NCBI GenBank assembly: GCA_963666345.1
Contig: OY762721.1
Coordinates: forward strand, 384,001-448,000
DNA: 64,000 nucleotides
DNA from: Desulfatiglandales bacterium
GTDB taxonomy: Bacteria > Desulfobacterota > DSM-4660 > Desulfatiglandales > Desulfatiglandaceae
Direction of reading: 5' to 3'
Part shown: in pieces, positions 51,306 through 63,605 of the stretch
Position numbering within the stretch: the first letter of the stretch is position 1
Layout: each line of letters starts with the position of its first letter
Notes under the pieces: model-generated
Database searches by the model: none
Told to the model about the DNA's origin: nothing
What the model saw: only the letters and a program-made list of their open reading frames with translations
Made by a program: the position numbers and the translations under genes

Positions 51306-51883
51306 TAAAATCTTTCCATTGTCTTTGCATATATTTTTCTGGAAAGCTTCCTGGAGATCTCCCGTATCGCCTCTTTCTTTTCATGCATGTTCTGCAGGGG
51401 GTCGGCGCCAACCGCGTAAGAGGCCTTTTCCTCCATCCGGCTGTCACGCCAGATCACCTTTCCGGTTTCCCGCTCAACCAGCTTCATATCAAGAGTGATC
51501 CTGATACGGCGGGAAGAGGTCGTTGCATAGTTTGTTTCAGTGCCCTGGACAATATTTTTTGTGACGTCGTAACTGAGAGCCTCTGTGCTTATCCTGTAAA
51601 CATTCCCCTTAAGCACTGCATATGCTCCGCTTTCGGAGACAAGAGGCACCCTGGAATGCCCTATGAATTCATTTCTCAACTGCCTTGTGAATTCAGACTC
51701 AAAACCAAGCGTTGAGGAACTGCTTGATATCATCGGTATGGCGAGGCTCTGGATCTGGATGCCCACTGGCGTTCCAGCCTCACGGATCTGATACCCGCAC
51801 CCGCTCAACAGAAAGGTCATCAGGACAATCAGGAGGAAAAACCTATTTTTTTGAGTAACAGCACCTTTTCGCATAATAATCAC
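51305..51883 (-). CDS. lptE: LptE-family lipoprotein
   Basis: Lipobox LSGCGY; position between leuS and holA. Confidence 0.8.
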   Translation of the reverse strand: MIIMRKGAVTQKNRFFLLIVLMTFLLSGCGYQIREAGTPVGIQIQSLAIPMISSSSSTLGFESEFTRQLRNEFIGHSRVPLVSESGAYAVLKGNVYRISTEALSYDVTKNIVQGTETNYATTSSRRIRITLDMKLVERETGKVIWRDSRMEEKASYAVGADPLQNMHEKKEAIREISRKLSRKIYAKTMERF

Positions 51884-54456
51884 ACCACGACGTTTACAAG
51901 TTTATTTTTTATAACTATCACCTTTTTCACAGGCTTTCCATTCACAAACGACTGAACCCTTTCGTCCTTAAGCGCCTTCGCCTCAAGTTCCTTCCCGCTG
52001 CAGGATGCAGGGACCTCTATCCTGTTTCTCACCTTTCCATTTACCTGAAGAACTACGAGCACCTTCTGTACCTCAAGGGCTTCTTCCTTGAAACAGGGCC
52101 AAGCTTTATCGATAAGCCGTTCTTCTTTCCCCATCCGCTCCCACAGCTCTTCCGCGATATGGGGGACAACAGGTGAAAGCAGAACTATGGTTGCCTCTAT
52201 GGCCTCTTTCAGCACGCCCGGCGCCTGGGCTTCTTTTTCACGGCCTCCCTTAATAAAATGATTTATATCATTTACCAATTCCATTACGGCAGCTATCGCA
52301 GTATTGAAATGAAAGCGATTCTCTATATCCTCCGTGACCTTTTTCACGGTCTGATGCGTCTTTCTGTGAAGAGCAAGCAAGGGTTCGGAAAGGGATGCCG
52401 TATCAACCGCCCCTGATTCCCCGTTAAGGTCCTCCAGATTATCGGCGACCAGCCTCCACATCCGGTTCAGGAACCTGTAGGAGCCCTCCACTCCCTGATC
52501 GCTCCACTCAAGACCCCTTTCGGGAGGAGAGGCAAAAAGGCAGAACATCCTCACCGTATCGGCCCCATACCTGTCGATGAGCGTCTGAGGATCCACCACG
52601 TTTTTCTTCGACTTGGACATCTTTACGGTATTGCCAGTTATTACCTCACTGCCGCATATGCTGCATCTGTCATCCTTCACCTCGGTCGGGTATAGATAGC
52701 CGTGGGTCGGGCATTCCTGGGTTTCCTTACAGACCATCCCCTGGGTAAGAAGATTCTTAAACGGTTCTTTTATCCGGAGGTATCCGAAATCCTCCAGCAC
52801 CCTCGTGTAAAATCTCGAATAGAGGAGGTGCAGGATCGCGTGTTCGATTCCACCTATATACTGGTCAACCGGCAACCAGTAATCGACTTTCTCAGGATCC
52901 AGAGGTCCCTTGTCATATCCGGGGCATGCATATCTGTCAAAGTACCAGGATGACTCCACGAATGTATCCATTGTATCTGTCTCCCGCCTGGCCTTTCCGC
53001 CGCACAGGGGGCATTTCACCTCATAGAAGGATGGCTCAAAAGGCAGGGGGGATCCCCCGTTAGGCCTCATATCCAGATCAAGAGGCAGTACAACCGGCAG
53101 ATCCTCTTCAGGAACGGGAACAGTTCCGCATTTTTCGCAGTAAAGTATCGGTATGGGAGCGCCCCAGTAGCGCTGCCTTGAGATCCCCCAATCCCTGATT
53201 CTGTAATTTATCGTCTTGTGGCCCATTCCTTTTTCCTGGAGATAATCGGCGATGCTGTCCAGCGCCTCAAGATTTCTTTTTCCGTTAAACGGGCCTGAGT
53301 TTACGAGGATTCCCTCATCAACATACGCCTCTGTCATTGTCTCCGGATCCAGTTGATGATCAGGCGGACTTATCACCACCTTCAACTTAAGGCCGTATTT
53401 CCTGGCAAAATCAAAATCCCTCTGATCATGAGTGGGAACCGCCATAATGGCACCGGTGCCATAGTCAAACAAAACGAAATTGGCGACATATATAGGGATT
53501 TCATCCCCTGTAACAGGATTGATGCAGTATCTTCCCGTAAAGACCCCTTCCTTGACCGTATAGTCCGCGGTCCTCATGTAGCTGTCCATCTTAAGTGTGC
53601 GATCAATGAATTCAAGCACATCATTTTCTTCGGGCAGACCCTTGACCATCTCCTTGACCATCGGATGTTCAGGGGCGAAACAGAGGAAGGTGGCGCCGTA
53701 AATCGTGTCCTGCCTTGTGGTAAACACCTCTATGATCTCTCCTGAACCTGCCAGCGGAAAACAAAGAATCGCGCCATAACTCTTCCCGATCCAGTTTTTC
53801 TGCATGGTAAGTACGCTTTCAGGCCATCCGGGAAGTTTTTCACAATATTCCAGGATCTCTTCCGCATAATCGGTTATCTTGAGAAACCAGCTGTCCATCT
53901 CCTTTATCTTAACTTCCTGGTCGGTATGCCGCCAGCAGCAACCGTTTTCCACCTGCTCGTTTGCCAGCACACTCTGGCATTTCTCACACCAGTTGACAAA
54001 GGTCCTCTTCTTATATGCGATTCCTTTTTCAAACATCTTAAGGAAGACAAGCTGCTCCCATCGATAATATTCAGGATCGCAGGTCGCCAGTTCACGATTC
54101 CAGTCATAGCTGAATCCCATCCTCTTCAGTTGGGTCTTCATTGCATTGATGTTATCGTATGTCCAGCGTGCTGGATGTGTATTGTTTTCTATGGCCGCAT
54201 TTTCCGCAGGCATGCCAAAGGCATCCCAACCCATCGGATGAAGCACGTTCATGCCCTGCATACGCTTGTACCTGGCAACCACATCGCCTATGGTATAGTT
54301 TCTCACATGCCCCATGTGGATCTTGCCTGAAGGATATGGGAACATCTCGAGCAGGTAATATTTCTCCCTGTCTTTATCTTCAGTGACCTTGAAGGCCTCC
54401 TCTTTCTCCCATGTGGATTGCCATTTTATTTCTATTTCCCGCGGATCGTATCGCAT
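51880..54456 (-). CDS. leuS: Leucine--tRNA ligase
   Basis: [32 protein letters not shown]. Confidence 0.97.
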   Translation of the reverse strand: MRYDPREIEIKWQSTWEKEEAFKVTEDKDREKYYLLEMFPYPSGKIHMGHVRNYTIGDVVARYKRMQGMNVLHPMGWDAFGMPAENAAIENNTHPARWTYDNINAMKTQLKRMGFSYDWNRELATCDPEYYRWEQLVFLKMFEKGIAYKKRTFVNWCEKCQSVLANEQVENGCCWRHTDQEVKIKEMDSWFLKITDYAEEILEYCEKLPGWPESVLTMQKNWIGKSYGAILCFPLAGSGEIIEVFTTRQDTIYGATFLCFAPEHPMVKEMVKGLPEENDVLEFIDRTLKMDSYMRTADYTVKEGVFTGRYCINPVTGDEIPIYVANFVLFDYGTGAIMAVPTHDQRDFDFARKYGLKLKVVISPPDHQLDPETMTEAYVDEGILVNSGPFNGKRNLEALDSIADYLQEKGMGHKTINYRIRDWGISRQRYWGAPIPILYCEKCGTVPVPEEDLPVVLPLDLDMRPNGGSPLPFEPSFYEVKCPLCGGKARRETDTMDTFVESSWYFDRYACPGYDKGPLDPEKVDYWLPVDQYIGGIEHAILHLLYSRFYTRVLEDFGYLRIKEPFKNLLTQGMVCKETQECPTHGYLYPTEVKDDRCSICGSEVITGNTVKMSKSKKNVVDPQTLIDRYGADTVRMFCLFASPPERGLEWSDQGVEGSYRFLNRMWRLVADNLEDLNGESGAVDTASLSEPLLALHRKTHQTVKKVTEDIENRFHFNTAIAAVMELVNDINHFIKGGREKEAQAPGVLKEAIEATIVLLSPVVPHIAEELWERMGKEERLIDKAWPCFKEEALEVQKVLVVLQVNGKVRNRIEVPASCSGKELEAKALKDERVQSFVNGKPVKKVIVIKNKLVNVVV

Positions 54457-54483
54457 GATAGGATGTTCCTTCCCTGAATTTCC

Positions 54484-54930
54484 CTATTCTACAGAGCCTT
54501 TGACACCTTCATCAAAGCGCCCTTCATTTAACAGTCTGTTGAACACGTTGTCCAATACTCCGTTTATAAAGGCCGCGGAATCTTCTCCACCGAAGCCCTT
54601 TCCCAGTTCAACCGCCTCATCTATGGAGACCTTCGGAGGTATATCATCCATGTACAGCATCTCCATTACGGCAAGTCGCAATATGCTCCTGTCAAGGACA
54701 GGCATCCTCTCAATACGCCAGTTCTTGGATGCCTTTCCTATGTGGCTGTCCAGTTCACCCTTTTTTTCCCACACACCCTTAACCATCTGTCTGGCGTAAG
54801 CCATCGAAGACTTGGGTGCTTCAAAGTTGTTGCAAACCAGTTCAAAGGCCTCATCGGCATCCCCGTCACTGAAGCTGAGATGGAAAAGGACCTTTATGCA
54901 TAATTCCCGAGCTTTTCGTCTTGAACCCAT
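54484..54930 (-). CDS. nusB: Transcription antitermination factor NusB
   Basis: RRKARE, DRSILR, EAVEL, FINGVLD. Confidence 0.95.
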   Translation of the reverse strand: MGSRRKARELCIKVLFHLSFSDGDADEAFELVCNNFEAPKSSMAYARQMVKGVWEKKGELDSHIGKASKNWRIERMPVLDRSILRLAVMEMLYMDDIPPKVSIDEAVELGKGFGGEDSAAFINGVLDNVFNRLLNEGRFDEGVKGSVE

Positions 54931-54932
54931 TT

Positions 54933-55105
54933 TTGACGGACCCGTAAAAGTCAAAATTTAGACGTAACAGTAAAAAACTCCAAATACAAGGCCTGCCGCT
55001 TCAGGAAATCATCCCCGAGCCTCTCAAGAGGGGCAGGCATAGCTACTCGGCTTGACTCAGGACAGTAAACCCGGCGAACGGCACTTGGATTTTTTACGAC
55101 GCTGA
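54933..55105. repeat. Degenerate MITE-like repeat, type B
   Basis: Starts ttgacggacccgtaaaagtcaaaatttagacg and ends ttttttacgacgctga; aligns with 55819-55971. Confidence 0.55.
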
Positions 55106-55225
55106 TTTTTAAAGGCAAAATCTTTCTATAAGGCCTCAGAGGCCTTATAGGAATAAAAACAGGGCCGCTCCCATTTTATTAATATACCGGTGATGTATTA
55201 TCCGGGCCTGTGTTGAGAAACCATA

Positions 55226-55693
55226 TCAACCTAATTCCTTGAAAAGATTGGCCATCTCCATAGCGGCCATGGCAGCTTCATAGCCCTTGTTTCCCGATTT
55301 AGATCCGGCCCTTTCAATGGCCTGCTCGATATTTTCAGTCGTAATCACACCAAATATTATAGGCAGATTCGTCTCAAGGGAAACATTTGCGATACCTTTG
55401 GACACCTCCGCCGCCACATAATCGAAATGAGGCGTGGCACCTCTTATGACCGCTCCAAGACAGATTACCGCATCGTAATCGCCTGTAAGGGCAATTTTCT
55501 TTGCGGCCAGAGGCAATTCAAATGCCCCGGGAACCTTTACGACCGGTATCGTATCTTCCTTTGCGCCATGCCTCTTTAAGGCATCCAGGGCACCATCGAC
55601 CAGTCTTGAACATATGAAATCGTTAAAACGGCTGACTACCAGGGCAAACCTCATTCCTTCAGCAGACAGCCGCCCCTCCATTATCTTGGCCAT
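55226..55693 (-). CDS. ribH: 6,7-dimethyl-8-ribityllumazine synthase
   Basis: [34 protein letters not shown]. Confidence 0.97.
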   Translation of the reverse strand: MAKIMEGRLSAEGMRFALVVSRFNDFICSRLVDGALDALKRHGAKEDTIPVVKVPGAFELPLAAKKIALTGDYDAVICLGAVIRGATPHFDYVAAEVSKGIANVSLETNLPIIFGVITTENIEQAIERAGSKSGNKGYEAAMAAMEMANLFKELG

Positions 55694-55818
55694 GACATTC
55701 CCCCGCAATTAAAAGTTTTAGTTTATCTATATCGTTTAACTTATCTTATTATAAAGTCTTATCTTCACCTAGGCATTGCATCAAGAGCCCTTTTTTGATC
55801 CGCCCCGTAAGGCACTAT

Positions 55819-55971
55819 TTATGCATTCGCAAAAAGTCAAAATTCAGACGGCACAGTAGAAAGTTCAAATGCAAGGCTTGCGAATCTTGAGGAATGAGGC
55901 GTACTTAAAGTACGTCGCAATGACGAAAGATGAAGCATAACGCAGCAGTTGGACTTTTTACGAAGCCGTCA
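55819..55971. repeat. MITE-like repeat, type B
   Basis: Ends ttcgcaaaaagtc and gactttttacgaagccgtca form an inverted repeat; core gaggcgta-N7-tacgtcgcaa. Confidence 0.7.
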
Positions 55972-57183
55972 CTATTTGCCGTTGATGTTTTTCATAAGGT
56001 GCCCCAGTTTTTCACACTTGGTCGTGAGGTACCTGAGATTTTCAGGCCTTGGTTCACATTCTATGGGCACTCGATCCTTTACCTCAAGACCGTAACCCTC
56101 CAGGCCGATCATCTTTTTAGGGTTATTGGTCATGAGCCTCATCTTTCTAACACCCAGTTCAACCAGAATCTGGGCGCCGACACCGTAATCCCTGAGGTCT
56201 GCGGCAAATCCGAGTTCCTCATTCGCCTCAACCGTATCGAAACCCTGGTCCTGCAGCCTGTATGCCTTGAGTTTGTTGGCCAGTCCTATGCCTCGTCCTT
56301 CCTGCTGAAGATATAGTATGACTCCCAGCCCCTCTTCCTGAACCATTGCCATCGCCTTTTTGAGCTGTTCCCCACAGTCGCAGCGATATGAGCCGAAGAC
56401 ATCACCCGTAAGGCACTCCGAATGGACCCTCACAAGCACATCCTTATCAGGGGTAATATCACCCTTTACCAGCGCAAGATGCTCATAATCGTCGATATCG
56501 TTTACAAAGGCAACCGCCTTGAACTCACCGAATGGAGTAGGCAAAACCGTTTCAGCGGCCGAATGTACAAAAGACTCGGTCCTCATCCTGTAGGCGATAA
56601 CATCGGCAACCGAGGCGATCTTAATGCCATGCTTTTCTGAGAACTCTTCCAGGTCGGGAAGCCTGGCCATGGTTCCGTCATCTTTCATTATTTCGCAGAT
56701 TACAGCGGCCCCCCTGCAACCGGCCAACCTTGCCAGATCCACCGATCCCTCTGTCTGGCCTGTTCTGAAAAGAACACCCCCCCTTCTTGCCCTAAGGGGA
56801 AATACGTGACCCGGCTGGACAAGGTCGTCAGGTTTTGCATCCTCCGCTACTGCCGTCAAAACCGTTCGGGCCCTGTCCGCGGCAGATATTCCCGTGGTAA
56901 CGCCACAACGGGCCTCGATTGATTTTGTAAAGGCGGTATTGTAGGGAGACTTGTTTTCATAGACCATCTGGCTCAATTTTAACTGCTCCACTATTTCCGG
57001 ATCCAGGGCCAGGCAGATGAGGCCCCGGCCGTATCTGGCCATAAAATTGATCGCCTCCGGGGTTATCTTTTCCGCTGCCATGGTGAGGTCTCCCTCATTT
57101 TCCCTGTCCTCGTCATCCACAAGGATTATCATCTTACCCTGTCTTAAATCCTCAATTACCTCTTTAATATCTGATATAGACAT
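55972..57183 (-). CDS. ribBA: Bifunctional DHBP synthase / GTP cyclohydrolase II
   Basis: [41 protein letters not shown]. Confidence 0.97.
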   Translation of the reverse strand: MSISDIKEVIEDLRQGKMIILVDDEDRENEGDLTMAAEKITPEAINFMARYGRGLICLALDPEIVEQLKLSQMVYENKSPYNTAFTKSIEARCGVTTGISAADRARTVLTAVAEDAKPDDLVQPGHVFPLRARRGGVLFRTGQTEGSVDLARLAGCRGAAVICEIMKDDGTMARLPDLEEFSEKHGIKIASVADVIAYRMRTESFVHSAAETVLPTPFGEFKAVAFVNDIDDYEHLALVKGDITPDKDVLVRVHSECLTGDVFGSYRCDCGEQLKKAMAMVQEEGLGVILYLQQEGRGIGLANKLKAYRLQDQGFDTVEANEELGFAADLRDYGVGAQILVELGVRKMRLMTNNPKKMIGLEGYGLEVKDRVPIECEPRPENLRYLTTKCEKLGHLMKNINGK

Positions 57184-57184
57184 A

Positions 57185-57847
57185 TTATTCACCAAATCCA
57201 TGTTTTGTTAACATCTCAAGGTCGATGGAAGAGCCCCTTTTTTCTTCCTCCCCGGAACTCCGCCCCTTGAATAATTTCTCCACATACTTTCCAATAATAT
57301 CGGTCTCGATGTTTACATTTTCTCCGACACCTTTGTTCAGGAGACAGGTATCCTTTCCGGTCTGAGGAATTATGTTCACCTCAAAGGCCCCCTGTCCACA
57401 CTCATTAACCGTAAGGCTTATTCCATCAACGGCGATAGAGCCCTTTGTTATTATGTAGCGTGAAAGTGTCTGATCGATGCCTATTCTGATCACCCAGGAG
57501 TTCTGTCTGTTCTCCTTCTTTTCTATTCTGCCGGTCCCATCTATGTGTCCTGAGACGATATGCCCCCCCAGGCGATCGGAAAGCCGCAGAGCCCTTTCAA
57601 GATTCACATGGTCACCGTTACGCCTCAAACCAAGGGTGGTAAGGGAAACGGTCTCCTGAGACGCGTCCATTGAAAAACTTTTCCCGGTCACACCGGTCAC
57701 GGTCAGGCATACACCGTCGACAGAAATACTGTCTCCGATCCCGCACCCCGATATATCAAAGGAGGGCTCTATCGTAAGCCTTATCTCTCCTGCCCTGCGA
57801 TCAATTGACCTTATCTTTCCTCTTCCCTCAACAAGTCCTGTGAACAT
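57185..57847 (-). CDS. ribE: Riboflavin synthase (alpha chain)
   Basis: MFTGLV, GVCLT, VNLERAL, GGHIVSGH, GISLTV. Confidence 0.96.
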   Translation of the reverse strand: MFTGLVEGRGKIRSIDRRAGEIRLTIEPSFDISGCGIGDSISVDGVCLTVTGVTGKSFSMDASQETVSLTTLGLRRNGDHVNLERALRLSDRLGGHIVSGHIDGTGRIEKKENRQNSWVIRIGIDQTLSRYIITKGSIAVDGISLTVNECGQGAFEVNIIPQTGKDTCLLNKGVGENVNIETDIIGKYVEKLFKGRSSGEEEKRGSSIDLEMLTKHGFGE

Positions 57848-58050
57848 AGGTTCAAACACCTCTTTGCCGGGACATTTTTTGACCGGAGCCGGAAAAGCAC
57901 CTTGCTATCCAGACCATAGAACCCCGGTTTTGTTTATTCAAAAACACACCTGCCCATTCTCCCGTACCGCTGACTGCAGGCCTGCAAGCGGAGGTGCCGT
58001 AGCGCCTGTACTCTAAATTTCAGAGTTTATATCTCTTCCTGACACGGCTC

Positions 58051-59181
58051 TTAATTTATACGGTCGACCGGAGGATACACGGGATATCCGACAGTTAGAA
58101 GATCTTCTCCAAAATGTCTGATCGAAATATCTCTCAGTTGCACACACCTGTCCATCCTCAAGGCGCCATGTCCATGGGCCATTGGAATACCGTCATTACC
58201 CCCCAGCAGTTTAGGGGATCTGAAGACATAGAATTTGTCAGCCAAGCACTCCCTCATTATGGAACCTATCACTTTTGAGCCTCCTTCCACAAGGATACTC
58301 ATAATGTCCATTTTTGCCAGCGTTTCCATCAACCAGGGGATATCGAGTCCGGCTTCTCTCTCCGGGCACCTAATGATCCTGGCCCCTTTATCTTCATACA
58401 CCTTAACCCTGTCACCCGCAATACCCGAACCAACGGCTATTATGTTTTCAGCCTTTGAATTCTGATTGAGGAGTCTGCTGTTGAGAGGAGTTCTCAGGCG
58501 GGTGTCAAGTACAATGCGGATCGGGTCTTTTCCAGCCTTCCTGCGGCATGTAAGCATTGGATCATCCGCTATCACGGTCCCCACTCCTACCATGACCGCA
58601 TCGGATCGATCTCTTAGGAGGTGGACAAAACTCCGCGATTTTTCATTGGTGATCCACTTGGAGTGACCTGTGGATGAACCTGCCCATCCATCAAGAGTAA
58701 GGGCCGACTTTACCGTTATAAAAGGCCTGCCTTCAGTTGAATGTCCGATGAAGGCCTCTATGAGCTCTTTACATTCCGGCTCCAGTACCCCTGTTACGAC
58801 CTCGACCCCCCTGCCGCTGAGATAATCACAACCACCGCCGTCCACATTTGGATTCATATCCCTTGCGCCCACCACGACGCGCACGATTCCGGCCCTCACA
58901 ATAGCCTTGGTGCAGGGAGGGGTTTTGCCATAGTGATTACAAGGTTCAAGGGTCACATAGAGGGTAGCGCCCCTCGCATTTTCCGAAACCTTGTTGAGAG
59001 CCTCAATTTCAGCGTGCGGCATACCCGATTTTCGATGGTAACCCGAGGCGATTATCCTGTCATCCCTGACGATTACCGCCCCGACAGGCGGATTGGGGGA
59101 GGTTCGCCCCAGCCCGTTTCGCGCCTGTCTCAACGCCGCCCGCATAAATCTTCTATCTCTATCTTTTAAAACCTGAGACAT
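58051..59181 (-). CDS. ribD: Riboflavin biosynthesis deaminase/reductase
   Basis: PNPPVG, HAE, TLEPCNHYGKTPPC, SKWIT, VEGG; start may be 59226. Confidence 0.95.
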   Translation of the reverse strand: MSQVLKDRDRRFMRAALRQARNGLGRTSPNPPVGAVIVRDDRIIASGYHRKSGMPHAEIEALNKVSENARGATLYVTLEPCNHYGKTPPCTKAIVRAGIVRVVVGARDMNPNVDGGGCDYLSGRGVEVVTGVLEPECKELIEAFIGHSTEGRPFITVKSALTLDGWAGSSTGHSKWITNEKSRSFVHLLRDRSDAVMVGVGTVIADDPMLTCRRKAGKDPIRIVLDTRLRTPLNSRLLNQNSKAENIIAVGSGIAGDRVKVYEDKGARIIRCPEREAGLDIPWLMETLAKMDIMSILVEGGSKVIGSIMRECLADKFYVFRSPKLLGGNDGIPMAHGHGALRMDRCVQLRDISIRHFGEDLLTVGYPVYPPVDRIN

Positions 59182-59222
59182 GCCCTTCCACTGGAATAAA
59201 CATGGGATGTCAAAAGGGGACA

Positions 59223-59690
59223 TCAACCCTTTTCATTCTTGGTCTCTAGTATATCCTGAAGCTCCGCCATGAATTCATTTATATCCCTGAATTGCCTGTA
59301 AACAGATGCGAACCTCACATAGGCCACTTCATCCCATTCCTTGAGAATGCTTATTACCCGTTCGCCGATCTCGGAACTATCGATTTCTTTCTTTCCAAGC
59401 TCCTGGAAAAAGACCTCGAGAGAATCCACAAACTCGTCGATAGTGGTCATACTCACAGACCTTTTTCTACAGGCAAGCCGGATTCCCTTGGTGATTTTTT
59501 CCCTGTCGAACGGCTCCCTCCTTCCATCCTTTTTGACCACCATGGGAAGAAGCTCTTCCAGCTTCTCGTAGGTAGTGAATCTCCTTCCGCACTCCAGGCA
59601 TTCCCTGCGCCTTCTAATGGATCTGCCATCTTTTCCGAGTCGGGAATCTATCACCTTATTGTTTATCTTTGTGCAATAGGGGCATTTCAC
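59223..59690 (-). CDS. nrdR: Transcriptional repressor NrdR
   Basis: CPYC, VIDSR, RRRREC, ATP cone, [10 protein letters not shown]. Confidence 0.97.
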   Translation of the reverse strand: MKCPYCTKINNKVIDSRLGKDGRSIRRRRECLECGRRFTTYEKLEELLPMVVKKDGRREPFDREKITKGIRLACRKRSVSMTTIDEFVDSLEVFFQELGKKEIDSSEIGERVISILKEWDEVAYVRFASVYRQFRDINEFMAELQDILETKNEKG

Positions 59691-60133
59691 GATTCGAACC
59701 TCTCAATCTCTATTCCTGCCTCCAGAAGCATACCGTCGGCCAAGGAGTCATTATATCCATCTTCAAAAACGACCCTGTTAATACCCGCATTTATTATCAT
59801 CTTTGAGCATATTACACATGGTTTGTTTGTACAATAAAGGGTCGATCCGGAGATGGAAATGCCGTGGTAGGCCGCCTGAATAATAGCGTTCTGCTCTGCG
59901 TGAAGGCCCCGGCACAGTTCATGCCTCTCCCCGGACGGAATTCCCGCGTCTTTTCGAAGGCACCCCACCTCCTCGCAATGCCTCAAGCCTGAGGGAGCGC
60001 CGTTGTACCCGGTTGCAAGGATTCTTTTGTCCTTTACGATAATAGCTCCTACCTGACGTCTCAGACAGGTAGATCTTCTGGCCACCATCTTGGTAATGGC
60101 CATGAAGTATTCAGGCCAGGAAGGTCTTGCCAC
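59687..60133 (-). CDS. dCMP deaminase-like (ComEB family)
   Basis: RPSW..YFM, RSTC, TGYNG, HAEQNA, PCVIC. Confidence 0.92.
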   Translation of the reverse strand: MARPSWPEYFMAITKMVARRSTCLRRQVGAIIVKDKRILATGYNGAPSGLRHCEEVGCLRKDAGIPSGERHELCRGLHAEQNAIIQAAYHGISISGSTLYCTNKPCVICSKMIINAGINRVVFEDGYNDSLADGMLLEAGIEIERFES

Positions 60134-61396
60134 TTAATTACCCTCTCCCATTTGTCCGTATACGGGAAAACTGCTGCAGAGTTCGGACACCTTTTGCTTC
60201 ACATGTGATATTACCGTTTCGGAATCCGGATTTGACAGTGCATCCCTTATGAGGCCCGCGATAAGCCTCATTTCCCCTTCCAGCATTCCCCTTGTTGTAA
60301 GTGCCGGGGTACCCAGTCTGAGTCCGCTTGTTATCTTGGGACCATTTTTATCAAAGGGCACCGAATTTTTGTTTGCGGCTATACCGGCCATTGCCAGCGT
60401 GTTTTCAGCCTTTTGTCCGGTGATACCCCTGGAGCTCAGATCGAGCAAAAGAAGATGCGTATCGGTTCCTCCCGAAACTATATCAAAGCCGTAACCCTTC
60501 AGTTCATCGGCAAGGGTCCCGGCATTTTTCACGACCTGCTTCTGGTATTCGGTGAATTGCGGTCTGAGCGCCTCTCCGAAGGCAACCGCCTTGGCCGCGA
60601 TTATATGCATAAGAGGGCCGCCCTGTATACCCGGAAAGACCCCTTTTGCAATCCTGGGGCCTAATTCCTCCCCGCACAGGATAAGCCCGCCTCTGGGGCC
60701 TCTAAGCGTCTTATGGGTGGAGGAGGTGACAAAATCCGCCAATCCTACCGGTGACGGATGCAGTCCGGTGGCAACAAGGCCCGCTATGTGGGCCATGTCC
60801 GCCATCAGGTAGGAACCTGTTTCCCTGGCTATATCCTTGAATGCGTGAAAATCGATAATCCTTGAATAGGCACTCGCACCAGCGATTATCATTTTGGGTC
60901 TGTGTTCTTTAGCCAGCTCCCTGACCTGATTATAATCGATTCGTTGCGAATCCTTATCCACACCGTAGGACACGGATCTGAATATCTTGCCTGAAAAGCT
61001 TACAGAACTTCCATGTGTCAGATGCCCTCCCTGGGAAAGCTCCATTCCCAAAATGGTGTCACCCGGATTCAGCATGCTCATGTATACGGCCATGTTTGCC
61101 TGGGAACCGGAGTGCGGCTGGACATTCACATATTCCGAGTTGAAAAGTCTCTTGCCACGCTCTGAGGCAAGTCTTTCCACCTTGTCTACGAATTCACAGC
61201 CCCCGTAGTACCTTGCGCCGGGGTAACCCTCCGCGTATTTATTGGTCATTACATTGGCCTGTGCCTCAATAACCGCAGGGCTGGCATAGTTCTCAGAGGC
61301 AATCATGATCAGATTGGCCTGTTCCCTTCGCACCTCGTCCTGAATCGCGGCAAATACTTCCGGATCCAGGGTCTCTAAACTCTTGTCTTTGGACAT
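60134..61396 (-). CDS. glyA: Serine hydroxymethyltransferase
   Basis: [32 protein letters not shown]. Confidence 0.97.
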   Translation of the reverse strand: MSKDKSLETLDPEVFAAIQDEVRREQANLIMIASENYASPAVIEAQANVMTNKYAEGYPGARYYGGCEFVDKVERLASERGKRLFNSEYVNVQPHSGSQANMAVYMSMLNPGDTILGMELSQGGHLTHGSSVSFSGKIFRSVSYGVDKDSQRIDYNQVRELAKEHRPKMIIAGASAYSRIIDFHAFKDIARETGSYLMADMAHIAGLVATGLHPSPVGLADFVTSSTHKTLRGPRGGLILCGEELGPRIAKGVFPGIQGGPLMHIIAAKAVAFGEALRPQFTEYQKQVVKNAGTLADELKGYGFDIVSGGTDTHLLLLDLSSRGITGQKAENTLAMAGIAANKNSVPFDKNGPKITSGLRLGTPALTTRGMLEGEMRLIAGLIRDALSNPDSETVISHVKQKVSELCSSFPVYGQMGEGN

Positions 61397-61403
61397 AACA
61401 CCC

Positions 61404-61832
61404 TCAATCAATTTTAATAATTCTTTTCTGATGACGACCGCCTTCGAAGGGAGTTTCAAGAAATACGTCAAGAATCTCTATTGCAAGTCCGGAACCGAGG
61501 ACCCTTTCACCCATGGCAAGTATATTCGCGTCATTGTGTAAACGGCTCATCCTTGCTGCATAGGAATTGTAACATAAGGCCGCCCTTATATTTCTGTGCC
61601 TGTTAGCGGTCATGCTCATCCCGAGTCCGGTTCCGCAGATCAAGATGCCCCTGTCGAACTCGCCCGACTCGACGGCCTTTGCCACCGCATGCGCTATATC
61701 AGGGTAATCTGCGGATTTCTTATCGTGCACCCCGGCATCTTTTACAGTATGCGGGGTTTTTTCCTCAAGATACTTCCTGCATATCATCTTCAAGTCGAAA
61801 CCGGCATGGTCGGAACCCAAGATTATATCCAT
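61404..61832 (-). CDS. rpiB: Ribose-5-phosphate isomerase B
   Basis: GSDHAG, DYPD, CGTGLG, HNDAN, FEGGRH. Confidence 0.96.
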   Translation of the reverse strand: MDIILGSDHAGFDLKMICRKYLEEKTPHTVKDAGVHDKKSADYPDIAHAVAKAVESGEFDRGILICGTGLGMSMTANRHRNIRAALCYNSYAARMSRLHNDANILAMGERVLGSGLAIEILDVFLETPFEGGRHQKRIIKID

Positions 61833-61995
61833 AAATGGAACCCCTTTCCTGGTAGAGGAGGGCAAAACAGCCCTGTGTTAAAGAAATGAAGCAGACAGGC
61901 TGAACTCCCTGAAAGGCTGGAGCGCTTGACTCGGCGTCTTCCAGGGTAGATCAAAAAGGGAGGAACTTTGCTGACTTATTGTCTCAATCCAAAAA

Positions 61996-63237
61996 TTACT
62001 GCTCACAGCTTTTAAAGACAAGGCTGGCATTTGTACCGCCAAAGCCGAAGGAGTTTGACATCGCCACACTTACCCCGGCCTTTCTCGCAGTGTTCGGGAC
62101 ATAATCAAGATCGCATTCCGGATCAGGGTTATCATAATTTATTGTGGGAGGGATAACCCCATGTTTTATTGTCAGTGCCGTAAAAATGGCCTCAACACCT
62201 CCAGCTCCTCCGAGAAGGTGCCCGGTCATCGATTTGGTGGAACTGACAGCAAGTTTATAGGCATGTTCCCCAAATACCGCCTTTATGGCCTTGTTCTCCG
62301 AAAGGTCATTAAGCTTTGTGGAAGTCCCGTGGGCATTGATATAATCCACATCTTGAGGGACCATCCCGGCATAGTCCAGGGCCATTTTCATGCAGTTTAC
62401 GGCCCCTTCACCATTTGGCTCCGGAGCAGTCACATGATGGGCGTCCCCTGTCAGCCCGTAACCGACTATTTCGGCGTAGATAGGGGCGTTTCTTGCCTTT
62501 GCCCTTTCCAGTTCCTCCAGAATAAGCATGCCTGAACCCTCAGCCATAACAAAACCGTCCCGGTCCATTTCAAAGGGCCTCGATGATCTTTCAGGATCAT
62601 CGTTTCTTGTTGAAAGGGCCCTCATGGAACAGAAACCGCCCAGCGCAAGAGGGGTTATAACCGCCTCTGCTCCACCGGTTATCATCGCGTCGGAAATACC
62701 TTCCCTGACTAGCCTGAAGCTTTCACCCACGGCGTGCGAACTGGCAGCACACGCGGTTTCTATGGACATATTAGGCCCTTTTGCACCTGATTCGATGGCA
62801 ATCTGGCCTGGAACCATATTGGCTATTATACCGGGGATAAAAAAAGGGCTGACCCGACGGGGTCCTTTATCAATAAGGACCTTGTGAAAGTGTTCAAGCA
62901 TTGTCAGCCCGCCGAGCCCCGTGCCGGTTATGCATCCGACACGGGTGGAATTCGAATCGTCGATCTTGAGCCCTGAATCTTCTATCGCCATCCTCGCAGC
63001 GGCAACACCGTAATGAATAAAGACATCAAAACGGCGAACCTGCTGTTTGTCCATAAAATCTTCAGAACGGAAATCTGTCACCTCCCCGGCAATCTGTGAT
63101 GAAAACTGGGAGGCGTCGAACTTCGTAATGGGACCCAGACCTGAAACACCTGCACAGGCATTCTTCCAATTTTTTTCAACCCCGGTTCCCAGGGGCGTCA
63201 CCATACCCAGACCTGTAATGACAACCCTTCTGGTCAT
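61996..63237 (-). CDS. fabF: Beta-ketoacyl-ACP synthase II
   Basis: [35 protein letters not shown]. Confidence 0.97.
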   Translation of the reverse strand: MTRRVVITGLGMVTPLGTGVEKNWKNACAGVSGLGPITKFDASQFSSQIAGEVTDFRSEDFMDKQQVRRFDVFIHYGVAAARMAIEDSGLKIDDSNSTRVGCITGTGLGGLTMLEHFHKVLIDKGPRRVSPFFIPGIIANMVPGQIAIESGAKGPNMSIETACAASSHAVGESFRLVREGISDAMITGGAEAVITPLALGGFCSMRALSTRNDDPERSSRPFEMDRDGFVMAEGSGMLILEELERAKARNAPIYAEIVGYGLTGDAHHVTAPEPNGEGAVNCMKMALDYAGMVPQDVDYINAHGTSTKLNDLSENKAIKAVFGEHAYKLAVSSTKSMTGHLLGGAGGVEAIFTALTIKHGVIPPTINYDNPDPECDLDYVPNTARKAGVSVAMSNSFGFGGTNASLVFKSCEQ

Positions 63238-63302
63238 ATCTGCCGCCCCTTTATCATTCTTTCTTTTCTGCACATACCTGTTTCCCTTTAACAAAATGGG
63301 AC

Positions 63303-63542
63303 TTATCCCTCGATAGCCTTCTTGATATAATCGATAGCATCCTTGAGGGTGGCGATCTTCTCTGCGTCCTCATCAGGTATGGATATATCAAACTCCTCTT
63401 CCATTGCCATTATTAATTCCACCTGATCAAGCGAATCAGCGCCCAGATCATCAACAAATGACGCGTCGGGAACGACATTCTTTTCATCCACATCAAGCTG
63501 ATCACAAATTATCTTTTTAATCTTTTCCTCAACAGATGCCAT
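63303..63542 (-). CDS. acpP: Acyl carrier protein
   Basis: DLGADSLD phosphopantetheine motif. Confidence 0.97.
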   Translation of the reverse strand: MASVEEKIKKIICDQLDVDEKNVVPDASFVDDLGADSLDQVELIMAMEEEFDISIPDEDAEKIATLKDAIDYIKKAIEG

Positions 63543-63605
63543 AAAACTTATCCTCCTGTTTTTTCTCTTCTGTTCAAAAATATTCCATAAGGGGCTTAAT
63601 ACCTC

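Noticed and set aside
57860..58050. FMN riboswitch or Sec-type motif in the ribD-ribE gap
   Set aside because: No FMN consensus is present. The ccagacc at 57909 is one base off the TGA spacing, lacks the full octamer and has no credible ORF.
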